Positions 30,402 through 32,000 of a stretch of DNA of 32,000 nt are shown here, in pieces. Every line of letters begins with the position of its first letter. Position 1 is the stretch's first letter. Source of the stretch: Sedimentisphaera cyanobacteriorum (GTDB lineage: Bacteria > Planctomycetota > Phycisphaerae > Sedimentisphaerales > Sedimentisphaeraceae); NCBI RefSeq assembly GCF_001997385.1, contig NZ_CP019633.1, positions 540,001 through 572,000 of the forward strand, in the 5' to 3' direction. Position numbers and translations under genes: made by a program. The notes under the pieces were generated by a model. The model was not told where the DNA came from and did not search any database. It was given only the letters and a program-made list of their open reading frames with translations.

Positions 30402-32000
30402 TTACTGCTTATCGCATTCCATATTGGCGAAATTTTCAAGCAGGCAGAATTTCCTCTTGGCGTCTTTAGAGCCTTCTTCCATCAGCTTTTCAGCCGCCTC
30501 AGGGTTGCTCTTCATCAGTACCTTCCAGCGGTTTTCGCCTTTGGCGAATTCATCAAATCCCATAGTCGGGGCTTTGCTGTCGAGCTTGAGCGGGTTCTTG
30601 CCTTCAGCAGCAAGGTCAGGGTTGAACCTGTAAAGAGGCCAGTGGCCGCAGTTTACAGCCTTCTTCTGCTCGTCAAGTCCGCAGGTCATATTGATGCCGT
30701 GAGCGATACAGTGTGAGTATGCAAGGATGATACTCGGGCCGTTGTAGGCTTCCGCTTCAACAAACGCCTTCACCATCTGATTCGGATTCGCTCCCACTGC
30801 CACCTTGGCAACGTATATGCCGCCGTAGGTCATTGAGATCATTCCGAGATCTTTCTTCGGCATCTGCTTACCGCCTGCGGCAAACTTGGCCACAGCACCC
30901 AGCGGCGTAGATTTAGACATCTGCCCGCCGGTGTTTGAGTAAACCTCTGTATCGAGTACGAGCAGGTTTACATCGCTTCCGCTCGCAAGCACGTGGTCAA
31001 CGCCGTGGCTGTCGATATCGTATGCCCAGCCGTCGCCGCCGAGAATCCATACGCTCTTATGCACAAGATAATCAGCAAGAGTTGCTATTTCTTTGCCCAG
31101 CTCGCCGCAGCCTTCGCAGGCAGCCTTAAGCTTCTTAACTCTCGCCCGCTGGTCTTCTATGCCGGACTGGTCTTTCGTGTAAACGTTCGCTTTAATCTGC
31201 TCTGCGAGCTCTGAATCAACGCAGCTGTTTTCCACTGCCATATCGAGCTTTTCGATTGCCTGCTGCTTGAGGCGGTCTGCTGTAAGACGCATACCCATAC
31301 CGAATTCTGCATTGTCTTCGAATAAGCTGTTAGACCATGCCGGGCCGTATCCGTCTTCTCTCTTGGTGTAAGGAGTGGTCGGGAGGTTCCCGCCGTAGAT
31401 TGAGGAGCAGCCTGTAGCGTTCCCGATTACTGCACGGTCGCCGAACAGCTGTGAGAGGAGCTTAACATAAGCCGTCTCGCCGCAGCCTGCGCAGGCTCCG
31501 CTGAATTCAAACAGCGGCTCTACAAACTGGCTTCCCTTAACAGAAGCAACTTTGTATTTATCAGGATCGGTGTTAGGCAGAGACAGGAAGAAGTCCCAGT
31601 TTTCGGCTTCTGAATCGCGAAGCGGTTCCTGATGTTCCATATTGATTGCCTTCTTGCCTTCGATTTCCTTGCTCTTGCTCGGGCAGTTCTCAACGCATGC
31701 CCCGCAGCCGGTACAGTCTTCCGGAGCCACCTGCACGGTGAATTTCATGCCCTTGAGGTCTTTGCCTTTGGCATCAACGCTCTTGAATGTCTCAGGTGCG
31801 TTTTTAAGGCTGTCTTCTTCGTATGCCTTAACGCGAATAGCCGCATGCGGGCATACCAGCGAACACTGACCGCACTGAATACACAGATCAGGCTCCCATA
31901 CAGGGATGTTAACAGCAATATTGCGTTTCTCGTATTTGGTTGTTCCTGTGGGGAATTTCCCGTCCACAGGCATCTTGCTCACCGGCACACTGTCGCCCTT
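30402..32000 (-). CDS. nifJ: Pyruvate:ferredoxin (flavodoxin) oxidoreductase, C-terminal roughly 533 aa (the N-terminus lies beyond the window)
   Basis: Two ferredoxin-type 4Fe-4S motifs are present (CIQCGQCSLVCPHAAI and CTGCGACVENCP). The TPP-binding domain has GDGWAYDIDSHGVDHV..SG.DVN.LVLDTEVYSNTGGQ. The frame is open to position 32000 (533 codons). This is the single-chain PFOR/NifJ architecture. Confidence 0.92.
   Translation of the reverse strand, partial: KGDSVPVSKMPVDGKFPTGTTKYEKRNIAVNIPVWEPDLCIQCGQCSLVCPHAAIRVKAYEEDSLKNAPETFKSVDAKGKDLKGMKFTVQVAPEDCTGCGACVENCPSKSKEIEGKKAINMEHQEPLRDSEAENWDFFLSLPNTDPDKYKVASVKGSQFVEPLFEFSGACAGCGETAYVKLLSQLFGDRAVIGNATGCSSIYGGNLPTTPYTKREDGYGPAWSNSLFEDNAEFGMGMRLTADRLKQQAIEKLDMAVENSCVDSELAEQIKANVYTKDQSGIEDQRARVKKLKAACEGCGELGKEIATLADYLVHKSVWILGGDGWAYDIDSHGVDHVLASGSDVNLLVLDTEVYSNTGGQMSKSTPLGAVAKFAAGGKQMPKKDLGMISMTYGGIYVAKVAVGANPNQMVKAFVEAEAYNGPSIILAYSHCIAHGINMTCGLDEQKKAVNCGHWPLYRFNPDLAAEGKNPLKLDSKAPTMGFDEFAKGENRWKVLMKSNPEAAEKLMEEGSKDAKRKFCLLENFANMECDKQ

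Noticed and set aside
1-32000. CRISPR arrays, rRNA genes, prophage/integrase genes, toxin-antitoxin pairs and known defence-system signatures
   Set aside because: I scanned for regularly spaced direct repeats and for hallmark protein motifs in all listed ORFs and found none. Apart from the IS-associated repeats and hairpins reported, no periodic repeat structure is visible.

Overview
This window is mostly conserved housekeeping DNA from a diderm (Gram-negative type) bacterium. Gene content (PFOR, LamG/Ig/dockerin-like secreted proteins) suggests an anaerobic PVC-group organism such as a Phycisphaerae-like planctomycete, but that is a low-confidence inference. From left to right the window holds five blocks. 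(1) A minus-strand block: metallophosphoesterase (partial), a GcvT-family protein and rimO. (2) A plus-strand block: nifU-like gene, monomeric isocitrate dehydrogenase, an envelope cluster lpxK-hldE-gmhB-mlaE-mlaF, and an overlapping small GGQ (ArfB-like) gene. (3) A promoter plus structured leader plus tRNA-Gln(UUG), followed by a long co-linear translation/replication/envelope run: prs-rplY(ctc)-pth-rpsF-ssb-rpsR-rplI-dnaB-bamA. (4) The only clearly accessory segment, about 19.9-26.6 kb. It contains an intact IS4-family insertion sequence (15-bp terminal inverted repeats, 10-bp target duplication in a poly-T tract), two tandem divergent paralogous genes for large secreted LamG / beta-sandwich / Ig-like / LamG / dockerin-like proteins, and a truncated IS1634-like transposase remnant that ends exactly at a 45-nt perfect palindrome. 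(5) A minus-strand block: hisF, hisH, an aldo-keto reductase, an uncharacterised secreted protein with an internal duplication, and the 3' two-thirds of pyruvate:ferredoxin oxidoreductase (partial at the window edge). I saw no CRISPR array, rRNA, prophage or recognisable defence, toxin or secretion-system operon. The best candidates for something undescribed are the IS-bracketed paralog pair, the secreted duplicated-module protein abutting the reductase gene, the membrane-anchored GmhB fusion, and the structured leader upstream of tRNA-Gln. All functional calls rest on my reading of the translated ORFs and motif recall. No database search was run.
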